From the IMG/VR virus record IMGVR_UViG_3300033153_016035, positions 55,918 through 119,917 of that record: DNA of 64,000 bases; one strand, written 5' to 3'. The position numbers were made by a program, and so were the translations under genes. Shown here one piece after another: positions 10,695 to 19,019 of the stretch (position 1 is its first letter; the number at the start of each line of letters is the position of its first letter). This DNA comes from a virus. The notes beneath the pieces were generated by a model. It was not told the origin of the DNA, did no database searches, and was given only the letters and a program-made list of their open reading frames with translations.

Positions 10695-11600
10695 TTATCC
10701 CCACAGTGCTCCGCCAGCCTTAAGTAATTGTACAAGTGTCTCTACTGCATAGTCCCACATGGTCCATAAAATCTCACCAATAAAAGGGATGTACACCGTT
10801 ACCGATATTATTGTAGATATAAGAACCACGGTAGCCAGCCCATTAAAAATGGCGTCGAAGTCCTCTTTTGTCATCTCTTGATCTGTTCCCGCACGCAACA
10901 CAACCGTTTCCGGGGGTACCCCCGCATGATCCTTTTGGACATGCCAAGCCCATATCTGGTCACCTATCCAACCAACGCCGTGACGAAGCATGGGTAGATA
11001 CATGCGCTGCCAAAACCATCTAAACATGCGCATGACCATACCTACTGGGTATGTGACCACGTCCCACACCCCCTCATCGAGTTTAGGGGAATACGATTCA
11101 TCTTTCTTTTTAATCAACCGGCGGCGGACGTTCTCAACGTATTTCGGAATCTCTTTTGGGTTTTTAAACAAATGCTCCAAGGTTCCCTTAAACGTCGAGC
11201 TATTTCGGTCTATAAGGGATCTAAAAATCTTAATAAGGTTACGATAATAGTCCGTGTTTTCCATAAGGGGCGAGTCCGGGATAAGCTGGTCCCCAGACTT
11301 TAGACGATACCTGTCCTGAAGTGCCACGAACTGCATTTCCATTTCTTCACACAGCGGGTTTAGTGGAATAGACTCCTGGAGTACCCAGAAAGCTTCCTCC
11401 AATACTTCCTTATCCCGCTCAAATGACTCTTCAATCTTACACCGATCTAATACCGCGTTTTTCTTTTGGGCATAGGCCACATCCAGTCTCTGAAAAGCGG
11501 CCGGTGCACTATTACTTTCCGCATGAACTCGGCTGATCTGGCGCTGCCTCCAGTTATCCAAGAGGGATAGTTCTTCATAATAAAGTGCTAAGTCTGTCAT
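10695..11600 (-). CDS. Hypothetical protein with C-terminal hydrophobic helices; candidate ejection/membrane-associated virion protein
   Basis: ATG 11600 overlaps the upstream stop (ATGA). It has an LDEG-VW motif followed by amphipathic and hydrophobic segments. Confidence 0.75.
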   Translation of the reverse strand: MTDLALYYEELSLLDNWRQRQISRVHAESNSAPAAFQRLDVAYAQKKNAVLDRCKIEESFERDKEVLEEAFWVLQESIPLNPLCEEMEMQFVALQDRYRLKSGDQLIPDSPLMENTDYYRNLIKIFRSLIDRNSSTFKGTLEHLFKNPKEIPKYVENVRRRLIKKKDESYSPKLDEGVWDVVTYPVGMVMRMFRWFWQRMYLPMLRHGVGWIGDQIWAWHVQKDHAGVPPETVVLRAGTDQEMTKEDFDAIFNGLATVVLISTIISVTVYIPFIGEILWTMWDYAVETLVQLLKAGGALWG

Positions 11601-12310
11601 AAAGTAACACTCCCCACCTGCATACCCGGTATCCAAGCTTTAAAGTACTTCAGGTAGTTTATCGGTTGTGCCTCCTTCGGGTCCGTGGAGGTAATGAAAT
11701 CCAATAAACTTGTACTATTGTTCATAAGGGAGAAAAAATTTATTGTCTCTATCACAAAAAACAAGGAAAAACCCAAAACTACGGTGGTTGGTACAAACCA
11801 GGGAATAGTTACCGCTAATAGTTCGGTTATCGCGGGAACGTAGGCCGCTCCTAATGTGACCAACATGAGCCCCAGACCTATCCGACCAGCCGGGTGTTTA
11901 CCGAACCAACTGTCCATTACCCTCCCCAAAGCCCAAGAAAATGTCCCCCACACCCATTTTAGCGGTTGTCCAAGCCATTTCATGGTCCCCCATACATTAG
12001 ACCAGAACCCCTCAGTTAGAAGCATAGCGTCGGGGAGGTTGTAGTCCTCACGAACCTTCTTATCAAGTTGTTTTTGGATATCTTGTGCCAGCTTTTGGAG
12101 TCGTTTTTTAATGTCGCCAACCTTCACGTCTTTACCTTTAGCTTTAAGGTATGAGGCAATGAAGGCTTCTGAGCCTCCAGCCCCCGCCAAAGGTTTTAAG
12201 AACCGCTTTACCGTGTTTTCCACCGCCCGTTTTATACTACTCTCCGAGGCGGCTCCCCCGCCTTCTTCCAAATGTTTTTGATTCATCGCTTCCGCTATAG
12301 GGTAGTGCAT
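11597..12310 (-). CDS. Hypothetical protein with predicted transmembrane segments
   Basis: 237 aa with LEEG and LTEG-FW motifs and two hydrophobic stretches (IGLGLMLVTLGAAYV; VVLGFSLFFVI). Confidence 0.75.
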   Translation of the reverse strand: MHYPIAEAMNQKHLEEGGGAASESSIKRAVENTVKRFLKPLAGAGGSEAFIASYLKAKGKDVKVGDIKKRLQKLAQDIQKQLDKKVREDYNLPDAMLLTEGFWSNVWGTMKWLGQPLKWVWGTFSWALGRVMDSWFGKHPAGRIGLGLMLVTLGAAYVPAITELLAVTIPWFVPTTVVLGFSLFFVIETINFFSLMNNSTSLLDFITSTDPKEAQPINYLKYFKAWIPGMQVGSVTL

Positions 12311-13293
12311 TACAAATACCTCACTTTACACCAATGATAGGACGCGTGGTCTAGTATGTGCTGGTAACTTATAATAACGGCGTCTTTTGTCGCCTTCAGC
12401 TCAACAGCTTCATCAACAATTACTAAAGTGTCCTGGGTAAATTGCCATTGACTTGGCGCTATCTGTTTTAATTTTCCCTCAGCTTCGAGTTCCTGTATGG
12501 GTATTTTGTAGAAATGGTCCCCGGTGATAGGGGGAAGAAAGTAATTTCCGGGTATTTCTTTTATGGGTTGAAATCGACCGCTTCGTAAAGATGTGGCTAG
12601 ATACTCTGTTACCGTGGGGATGGCTGCGACGGTTGCACCGGTTTTCGTATAAGCTTTTACATACAATACTGTTTGACTCCCTCCCCGGAACTGACTGCCG
12701 GTTTGAGTCTTGAAAACAATACCGTTAAATCCCGCAATCACCTGATCGTGTTTGACCCGCACAGTTAACTCATTAATGTCTAAGTAGATGCTTTCTACCG
12801 CCTGTGACCCCATCTTGGTAATCCCCGAACTGTCAACCCTTACGACGGACAGTTCCATTTTAGGATCCCAACCACCACCAACAGTCCAATGGGTAAGGAG
12901 CATTCCACCGACCCAGGCTACTATCTTTTGGGCCCCACGAAACCCCACCGCTATCTGGAAATGAAATTCATCAAGTCCGGATTGGAAGAATTTAAGAGGA
13001 TTTATAAATTGGACCCCAATATCTGCATTACTACCGGGCAAAAACCCTGGTGAACAAATTAGTCCATGATGGTCTACCTGTCCTCCCGGTGCCGATGTCG
13101 TTGTATAGTCAAATAGGGCGGTTGCGAAGGTATCTTCTGGCTGACGGTTAGCATAAAAGTGTGCGGAAGGTACAACCTCATCTAAAATCGAACTGGGGCC
13201 AACACCATCCCGTAGAATACCAAAACCAATGTCCTCTGGCAGAGGATCACCGTCTTGTAACTCCCGAAAGTCATATTCTAAAAGATGTGTCAT
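12310..13293 (-). CDS. Hypothetical beta-rich protein, possibly structural
   Basis: 327-aa ORF coupled to the downstream gene, with G/T/V-rich beta-strand patterning. Confidence 0.75.
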   Translation of the reverse strand: MTHLLEYDFRELQDGDPLPEDIGFGILRDGVGPSSILDEVVPSAHFYANRQPEDTFATALFDYTTTSAPGGQVDHHGLICSPGFLPGSNADIGVQFINPLKFFQSGLDEFHFQIAVGFRGAQKIVAWVGGMLLTHWTVGGGWDPKMELSVVRVDSSGITKMGSQAVESIYLDINELTVRVKHDQVIAGFNGIVFKTQTGSQFRGGSQTVLYVKAYTKTGATVAAIPTVTEYLATSLRSGRFQPIKEIPGNYFLPPITGDHFYKIPIQELEAEGKLKQIAPSQWQFTQDTLVIVDEAVELKATKDAVIISYQHILDHASYHWCKVRYL

Positions 13294-13297
13294 ATTA

Positions 13298-13831
13298 CTA
13301 CCCTGTTAAAACAAAGTTGTCATTTGACCATAAAAGATTTTCCAAAACCTCAAAAGTGTCAGGATTTAACGCGTACAGCAGTTCCAATGTGGGAACGTAA
13401 CCTCTTTTTAATAATCTTTCTGAAAATATTTCGTAGGGTTCTTGAACCCACGGAAACTTACCGTGTTTCTGTGCTCCGCGAAATCTGCCAAGGATCTTCT
13501 GAAAATTTGGGGAGTTCTCCACTCCCATATGTGTTAAAAGATTTTCTATAGAAGAAAATGGGGGCAATGCTTGTGATCGGGAACCTTCCAGTCTAACTTT
13601 GGTCCCCTTGGGCACCTCAATTGGGTACCACTCGTCCTCAGTGGGAACATAGTAATATAAGGTTAATGGCGCTTTTAAATACGCTAAAGAGCCGTATGAT
13701 CCTATAATCTTTAGCGCCTGCCCACGTGATATAAGTTGAAGGGACTTATCCCCCCCAACCCTTTCTTCCAACACGAAGACTGTGTGGGCACCAGGTGGCA
13801 TATATTCATCTGAAATTGTATTCAACCACAT
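13298..13831 (-). CDS. Hypothetical protein
   Basis: 177-aa ORF, first gene of the leftward operon. Confidence 0.7.
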   Translation of the reverse strand: MWLNTISDEYMPPGAHTVFVLEERVGGDKSLQLISRGQALKIIGSYGSLAYLKAPLTLYYYVPTEDEWYPIEVPKGTKVRLEGSRSQALPPFSSIENLLTHMGVENSPNFQKILGRFRGAQKHGKFPWVQEPYEIFSERLLKRGYVPTLELLYALNPDTFEVLENLLWSNDNFVLTG

Positions 13832-13991
13832 CCTACTTACCCCTTTATAACACCTATATTGTTTAAGATGGGGGCTATATTTGTCAAGCTTATTATTACC
13901 AGCACGTTATGGTTATTTACATTTTTATAGCCGTTTGCACTTGATCTCATGGCACAAGGGGAGGTTTAATACACAATAAACTAATTTATCA

Positions 13992-14020
13992 TTTACATAA
14001 AAAGGTAATGATGTTATAAT
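13992..14020 (+). promoter_or_regulatory. sigma70-type promoter for the HTH gene
   Basis: TTTACA-17 nt-TATAAT with an extended -10 TGn. Confidence 0.7.
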
Positions 14021-14052
14021 GCCTTCAGGCCGTTGTGTGGAAGGAGAATGAA

Positions 14053-14289
14053 ATGTACGTTGATTTCAAGGAGGCCGCAAAAGTACTGGGAGTCCATTAC
14101 AATACCATCAAACGATGGACGGATAAATTAAAAATCAAGACACCCTCTGCGCCTAAAAAACTAAAACACGTAACCCGTGAGGTAAAGATGGTGCCCTTTC
14201 GGGAGCTTGTAAGTAAACTTACAGATGCAAAAGTATTACCATTTAGTCAAGTAGAGTCTTCTAATAATATTCCGAGTACAAAGAAGTAA
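14053..14289 (+). CDS. Small MerR/excisionase-type helix-turn-helix DNA-binding protein
   Basis: FKEAAKVLGVHYNTIKRW HTH signature; AAGGAG RBS upstream of ATG 14053. Confidence 0.8.
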   Translation: MYVDFKEAAKVLGVHYNTIKRWTDKLKIKTPSAPKKLKHVTREVKMVPFRELVSKLTDAKVLPFSQVESSNNIPSTKK

Positions 14290-14404
14290 ACAGTTTGTAA
14301 ATTATTTAAAAAACTACCACTACAGTTAAAAATTCTACCCCCACAATGTCAACGAACTTCCCGCTGTAACCCCCGAATTTATTACATTTTATTTAATTTT
14401 TCCC

Positions 14405-14433
14405 TTGCATTTCCCGCATTTTTGTGGTATAAT
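14405..14433 (+). promoter_or_regulatory. Near-consensus sigma70 promoter heading the plus-strand island
   Basis: TTGCAT-17 nt-TATAAT, extended -10 TG, AT-rich upstream region. Confidence 0.8.
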
Positions 14434-14439
14434 ATAGGT

Positions 14440-15391
14440 AGAAAAGGGGAAAGTTCCCCTTCATCTTAGAGATGGATTTCATCCATCTCCCTCCTAGATG
14501 TCCCGCACCTCCGAAAGAGCCGAGTGGGAAACTCAAGTGGGTTTCTTCGGTGGTTGTGGGTGAGACTTTTGTCGAAAGAGCTAGATGCCGCCCTTTAACG
14601 GGGCTACAGCTCATTAGAGGCATCAACCCGCACAAGTCGCGCATACATGCGCGGATCTGGAAGGACTCCCTGCCGTGGTTTAAATGGCACAGGTGAGGGC
14701 TTCCAGGTATCACAGGCTTAAAACAATCAGGAAACTACCAACCACAAGCCACTTTCTGGTTGACCGCTGACCCAAGAGGAACATTCTCCAGCGGTGCTAA
14801 TCCCAGTCCATCGTGACTGGGTGTGTCCCCGAAAGGGGATTCTGACCGGGGCATTTCACCATGCCCCTTGACCCCACAGCTTCCTCCTAACACGAGGAGC
14901 GGGGAAAGGTCTATTTGCGAGAACCCCACGGAGTCATCTGTGGGCCGAAAAGGATATACGACGTTGACCCTTAGGGGTCGGGGATTGGAGAGTCCCCTGT
15001 GAAGTCGTGAAGTGGTCGCGGGGCGCAACCGCCAGTTAACCCAACCCACACTTGGGGGCCGCTGGTTCTGAAAAGAGGTAAGGGACGTTTCGGGGGGAGA
15101 TGGTATGAAAAAAATTGATAAGACAGGTGGTAGCGATTACTGCTCACCCCATAAATTCTAAAGACCTAAGCGTCCACTGCGGACAAGCTGAAGAAAACAA
15201 AGGTAGCCACAGAGATGGCACCAGAAACGAGGTAAGCTTGAAAGTGTTGGCAGCCTGAGGAACTTACCCATCTAAAGTTTAACCCCTGCTTGCAGGAAGA
15301 AGACTTTTAATGGGACTTGGGGTCGAGTGGTAATTACTACCGCCGACAAATACACCCTGCATGGCAATAAACCATGTGGGGTTTTTATTTT
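14440..15391 (+). ncRNA. Candidate large structured non-coding RNA (about 950 nt), family unassigned
   Basis: Bounded by a promoter and a terminator, with no credible ORF. Long-range helices 14483-14511/15075-15103 and 15126-15145/15325-15344, plus many internal hairpins, some with GAAA tetraloops. Confidence 0.65.
15354..15391 (+). terminator. Intrinsic terminator-like hairpin
   Basis: ACCCTGCATGG-caataaa-CCATGTGGGGT followed by TTTTATTTT. Confidence 0.6.
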
Positions 15392-15395
15392 AACA

Positions 15396-15510
15396 AAGAC
15401 CGAGCCCGGTGGCCCGCACTTTTGTGCGGTCATGAATCCTTGCTTTCCCTTGTGGTGGCATAGCGAACCGGAAGTTAAATCTTCTGGGGTTCAACTCCCT
15501 GATTGGTCTT
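15396..15510 (+). ncRNA. Non-canonical tRNA-like element 1
   Basis: Closing stem AAGACCGA/TTGGTCTT, internal arms and T-loop GGTTCAACTCC (15488-15498); no canonical anticodon arm. Confidence 0.4.
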
Positions 15511-15991
15511 CAAAATTCAACAAGTAGTAACGGGATAAGGGTAAACATCAACCTGTTACGTGACCGTGCCCCTGACGGCCTTAGTACCCTGGACCGGGTG
15601 AAAGCCCCAGATACTTACCGGTTTCTCATGGCCTTGAGACGTTATCAGGGTCGGCATTCCGACGGTGGCATAAAGAATGGGAACTTCGCCACCCGCTGGT
15701 TGGGACTTAGATGTCCTTGGAAAAACTACAGGAAGTAATGTTCTTCGTAGCTGTCCTGGGCGTCCTAAAGGGTTTAACGGTTACTTGCACCCAAGTTATC
15801 CCTCGCTTCGGCCTAAAAACATAAAATGTGCTCGCGGTATTGTGGGAGGCACGCTTACCTCAGATTGTTTAACGACGGTCGACGGTGGGTAAGTTTAGGT
15901 TAGAGTCCTAAAATATCTGCACAACGCGGAATAACAAATCCGCAAGCTTGCCCCGAGGAAGCTAAAAAAATTAAATAACAACAATTTTATA

Positions 15992-16045
15992 TGTCGGCGT
16001 TGGTAGAGTGGCTACTACGTAGGTTCAACCCCTAAAACGTCAACA
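15992..16045 (+). ncRNA. Minimal tRNA-like element 2 (D-like and T arms, no anticodon arm)
   Basis: TGTCGGCGTT/AACGTCAACA stem, GGTAG-AGTGG-CTACT arm, TAGG-TTCAACC-CCTA arm. Confidence 0.45.
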
Positions 16046-16069
16046 AAACTTTGTGGGGCTAAGGCCCCG

Positions 16070-16122
16070 GTCCAGTATAATCTGTGTTAGAAAAGAGTTG
16101 AAACTGGACATCGACTAACACA
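16070..16122 (+). other. Predicted H-type RNA pseudoknot
   Basis: GTCCAGT(16070-76) pairs ACTGGAC(16103-09); loop TGTGTTAG(16083-90) pairs CTAACACA(16115-22). Confidence 0.5.
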
Positions 16123-16311
16123 AACTGCTTACCCCATCGGGAAAAGCGAGGTGGGGAGTTCTAACGAACTAATCGCCGTCAACTCCGGCGAGGAAGATGG
16201 GGAAGCGTCAAAATCTTTAAACGATCCTGGTAGGGTAAAACCTACCGGGGTCATCATCTATTCTATTTCGTAACTATCACAGGGGGCCTGAGTGCCCCCG
16301 AGGAGTTTAAA

Positions 16312-16584
16312 ATGAAGACTATAGTATTACAAAGAGTCCCCGATGGGTATCGGGGAGATTTGGACTGTCTAGCGGTGGTAACGCCGCATAAAGAAATTGG
16401 CTGCACCCATAGTGGGCACGGCCACGACTATAAAGTCCACATCGTCATCGACGAAACCGTCGCAGGGACGTTGTTCCGTGAACACGGGAATAATGGGGGT
16501 GGAAAACCTGCCTGTGATACCTTCTATCCAGCGGAAGGTTGGAAGGTTGAGTATGACGATTACGACGACGATGACGACGACTAA
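16312..16584 (+). CDS. Hypothetical protein with an acidic C-terminus
   Basis: GAGGAG RBS, 90 aa, flanked by repeat elements. Confidence 0.75.
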   Translation: MKTIVLQRVPDGYRGDLDCLAVVTPHKEIGCTHSGHGHDYKVHIVIDETVAGTLFREHGNNGGGKPACDTFYPAEGWKVEYDDYDDDDDD

Positions 16585-16677
16585 AATTAACCCCAGGTGG
16601 GCTAGAAGCCCACTTGGGATATCATCTATTCCATTTTTTAACTATTACAGGGGCCTGAGTGCCCCGAGGAGTTTAAA

Positions 16678-16971
16678 ATGAAAAAAGATAATAAAAAAAA
16701 CCAACTCCTGCGCTCCTTCGCGCAGGCGGCCAATTTTCCCTTTGCCGAAGCACGAAAAAGAGCGTATTGGTGGGGAATCCCCCACTACTTCTTGGGGGAA
16801 GAGCCAAACGGTTCCCGGTGGTGGGTAGAACTCGATTTTACAAAAAACGAGTACCGCATCGTCGTCTGGGAAGGGCGGGAGTGGACCAAAGCCGTAAGAA
16901 CCGAAGGCTCGAAGTTGACCAAACGCCTGGTCCGCGTAACCAGGTGTCTAAGAGGCTGGAAACAAAAATAA
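16678..16971 (+). CDS. Hypothetical protein
   Basis: GAGGAG RBS; leader nearly identical to that of the 16312 gene. Confidence 0.75.
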   Translation: MKKDNKKNQLLRSFAQAANFPFAEARKRAYWWGIPHYFLGEEPNGSRWWVELDFTKNEYRIVVWEGREWTKAVRTEGSKLTKRLVRVTRCLRGWKQK

Positions 16972-17014
16972 ACCCAACCCCAGGTAGGCTAGAAACCTGC
17001 TTGGGGTATTATAA

Positions 17015-17251
17015 AACGTGGGTGTTGGAAAGCATCTTTACAAGGTGCCCTCCACCGCCCACCCAGCCGGGCCGGATTAACCCCTATCCCGGTTACTAAA
17101 CGGACTTTGCCTACAGTCCAACAACTAAAGTAGGCGCCTTGCCGAGGACGGTATAACTCCCTTTCGGGCCCACCTGATTAACGCCACCGTGCGAGGGGAA
17201 CGGGTTCAACTCCCGTGGCAACACCAATATGTGGTTTCCAATGACCACGTT
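17015..17251 (+). ncRNA. Structured RNA containing a pseudoknot and tRNA-like element 3 ending in ACCA (17226)
   Basis: Closing helix AACGTGG..TTGGAAA/TTTCCAA..CCACGTT; pseudoknot GGACT/AGTCC with GCCTAC/GTAGGC (17102-17135); T arm ACGGG-TTCAACT-CCCGT followed by GGCAACACCA. Confidence 0.55.
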
Positions 17252-17379
17252 CATGACAGGACACTGTTGACGTACAACTGCCATTTGGCGGCGGGCGTCG
17301 AGTGTCCGTTGCCCGCCAGCAGTGCCATTGCATGTTTAACTCTGGGAGTCGCGACCTTAGAGTTAAAACCCAATTGGAG

Positions 17380-17435
17380 AAAAAGCCCGCAAACACACCC
17401 CAACCCTGGAGTGCGTTTGCGGGCTTTTTTTATTT
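17380..17435 (+). terminator. Intrinsic terminator (potentially bidirectional)
   Basis: AAAAAGCCCGCAAAC...GTTTGCGGGCTTTTTTT. Confidence 0.7.
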
Positions 17436-17484
17436 CAAATTTTTACGTTTGTGGGGTAATTGCCTACAGGCGTAATTATATTTC

Positions 17485-17532
17485 AGCCCGCAATATCCTT
17501 TCTACGAGAGGGGATGTTGCGGGCTTTTTTTT
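17485..17532 (+). terminator. Intrinsic terminator-like hairpin
   Basis: AGCCCGCAATATCC...GGATGTTGCGGGCTTTTTTTT. Confidence 0.65.
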
Positions 17533-17548
17533 AATTTAAGGAGAAATC

Positions 17549-17842
17549 ATGTCTCGAAACAAAAAAAATAATATGACCCAACCCCAACCCCAACCCCAAC
17601 CCCAATTCACTCCCGCCACCCAAATGAACAGTCTCCCGGCACCAGCCGAGGAGATGGTAAGTAGGACCATCGGGGAGTTGATCCAGGAATCAGTCGAAAG
17701 GAACCTGGACTTTTCAGGGTGTATACGGCAGGCCGACAAAGAGCTTGACGTCTCGTACACCCCACCCAAAGATGAGGAGGGGTCGGTGAAAAAAAGGGAG
17801 TTTCAATTGAGGTTCCGCGACAACAAGAGAATCTCAGACTAG
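17549..17842 (+). CDS. Hypothetical protein with a QPQPQPQPQ repeat
   Basis: AAGGAG RBS; tandem CAACCC hexamers. Confidence 0.65.
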   Translation: MSRNKKNNMTQPQPQPQPQFTPATQMNSLPAPAEEMVSRTIGELIQESVERNLDFSGCIRQADKELDVSYTPPKDEEGSVKKREFQLRFRDNKRISD

Positions 17843-17920
17843 CCTATTCCGGGGGTGGCTCCCCCGGCTCCTTACCATGTTTTTTTAAACCCTGTAACTT
17901 TTAAGAAAAGGAGGTCTACC

Positions 17921-18943
17921 ATGATTATCATGCAAGACCAAGTTCAGAATTTTCAGGATATAAACACGTTACATGAGCACGTAGAAGCTCAGGATGTCAG
18001 CGAAAGGATCGGAACGGTAAAGCTCCAAGATATGGAGCTATGGCCGAACTCCCTGCGAGTCAGGGATGAACACTACGCGTTGACCCGGACAGGCGTCAAC
18101 GACGCTCTATCCCTGGCACATTTCCCTCAGGGAGCCTTCATTAAGGTCGAAGAGGAGAAACAAGGCGATATCGACTTGGGGTTGTGTACATACACCAACT
18201 CCTTCTATAACCATGCCTCTTGCAAAAATAAGAGGCGCAAGATAATAACCCGCGCCACCACCGAAAACGAAAAGGAGGCGACTGGCCTTGAAAGGGCTGT
18301 CATCGGCATCCCGAGTGAGCAATACTATTTGTTTTCTCACGCCGAGGCGCTTGATAAAATCAAGGCCCCGGTTTCCACTCTCCAGGTAAAAAGGGCGCGG
18401 GTGACACCGCACTTAATGGAAATATGTGTGGTGGACGACCGCTTCAAAGCCCAAGCGGGCGCGGTTGGAGACATAGTAGAGATTGGGGTTAAAATCCTCA
18501 ACTCACAAACCCGAGCAAGGAAGCTCCAATTTGGAGCCTTCACATGGCGGCTTTGGTGTACAAATGGCTGCTCCGCAGCCAGCGAAGCGTTTTCGTTTGG
18601 ATTTGTCCACCGGCAGGGAATAACGGCCATCAATGGCCAGATAGAGCCAGGCATTAGAGACCTAATTGAGAAGACGGAAGTCTTCACAAAGGGTCTTCCG
18701 CGTCTGGCAGAAATGCCTGCCGACGACAAGTTCATCCGGCGGATCGAGCCTCGGCTCGTCCAAGGGATGAAAACAGCACCGGCGCAACTGTACACCGAGG
18801 GTCTCCGGGAAAACCGGCAAAACCGGTTGGATGTTTGGAACTACGTCACCGAGTACGCACACAAACATACCGGGGGCGACGTCAACAAACAGCAAACCCT
18901 GGAGAACCTTGGGTTCTCCATCCTGGAGATGTCCATAAATTAA
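17921..18943 (+). CDS. DUF932-like phage/plasmid protein
   Basis: GVKILNS...AFTWRLWCTNG signature; AAGGAGG RBS before ATG 17921. Confidence 0.7.
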   Translation: MIIMQDQVQNFQDINTLHEHVEAQDVSERIGTVKLQDMELWPNSLRVRDEHYALTRTGVNDALSLAHFPQGAFIKVEEEKQGDIDLGLCTYTNSFYNHASCKNKRRKIITRATTENEKEATGLERAVIGIPSEQYYLFSHAEALDKIKAPVSTLQVKRARVTPHLMEICVVDDRFKAQAGAVGDIVEIGVKILNSQTRARKLQFGAFTWRLWCTNGCSAASEAFSFGFVHRQGITAINGQIEPGIRDLIEKTEVFTKGLPRLAEMPADDKFIRRIEPRLVQGMKTAPAQLYTEGLRENRQNRLDVWNYVTEYAHKHTGGDVNKQQTLENLGFSILEMSIN

Positions 18944-19019
18944 CAACCCAGCCCCGACAGGATAAGCTCCTGTCGGGGTTTTTATTTCCCCAAACACTAA
19001 CTCTTTGAAAGGAGACTAT

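Noticed and set aside
954-13551. Plus-strand ORFs such as 954..1400 and 9579..10079
   Set aside because: They are antisense shadows of long, tightly packed minus-strand genes and lack an RBS.
14393-15892. Short ORFs on both strands in the structured region
   Set aside because: They have no RBS and an atypical composition, and they overlap extensive predicted RNA helices.
14440-16222. Group I/II intron or RNase P RNA
   Set aside because: I could not find group II domain V, group I P7 core motifs or the RNase P GAGGAAAGUCC motif, and there is no interrupted gene. An Rfam scan is still needed.
17139-17226. Canonical tRNA (for example His-GTG)
   Set aside because: It has only a 5-bp acceptor stem and no 7-nt anticodon loop, so it is reported as tRNA-like only.
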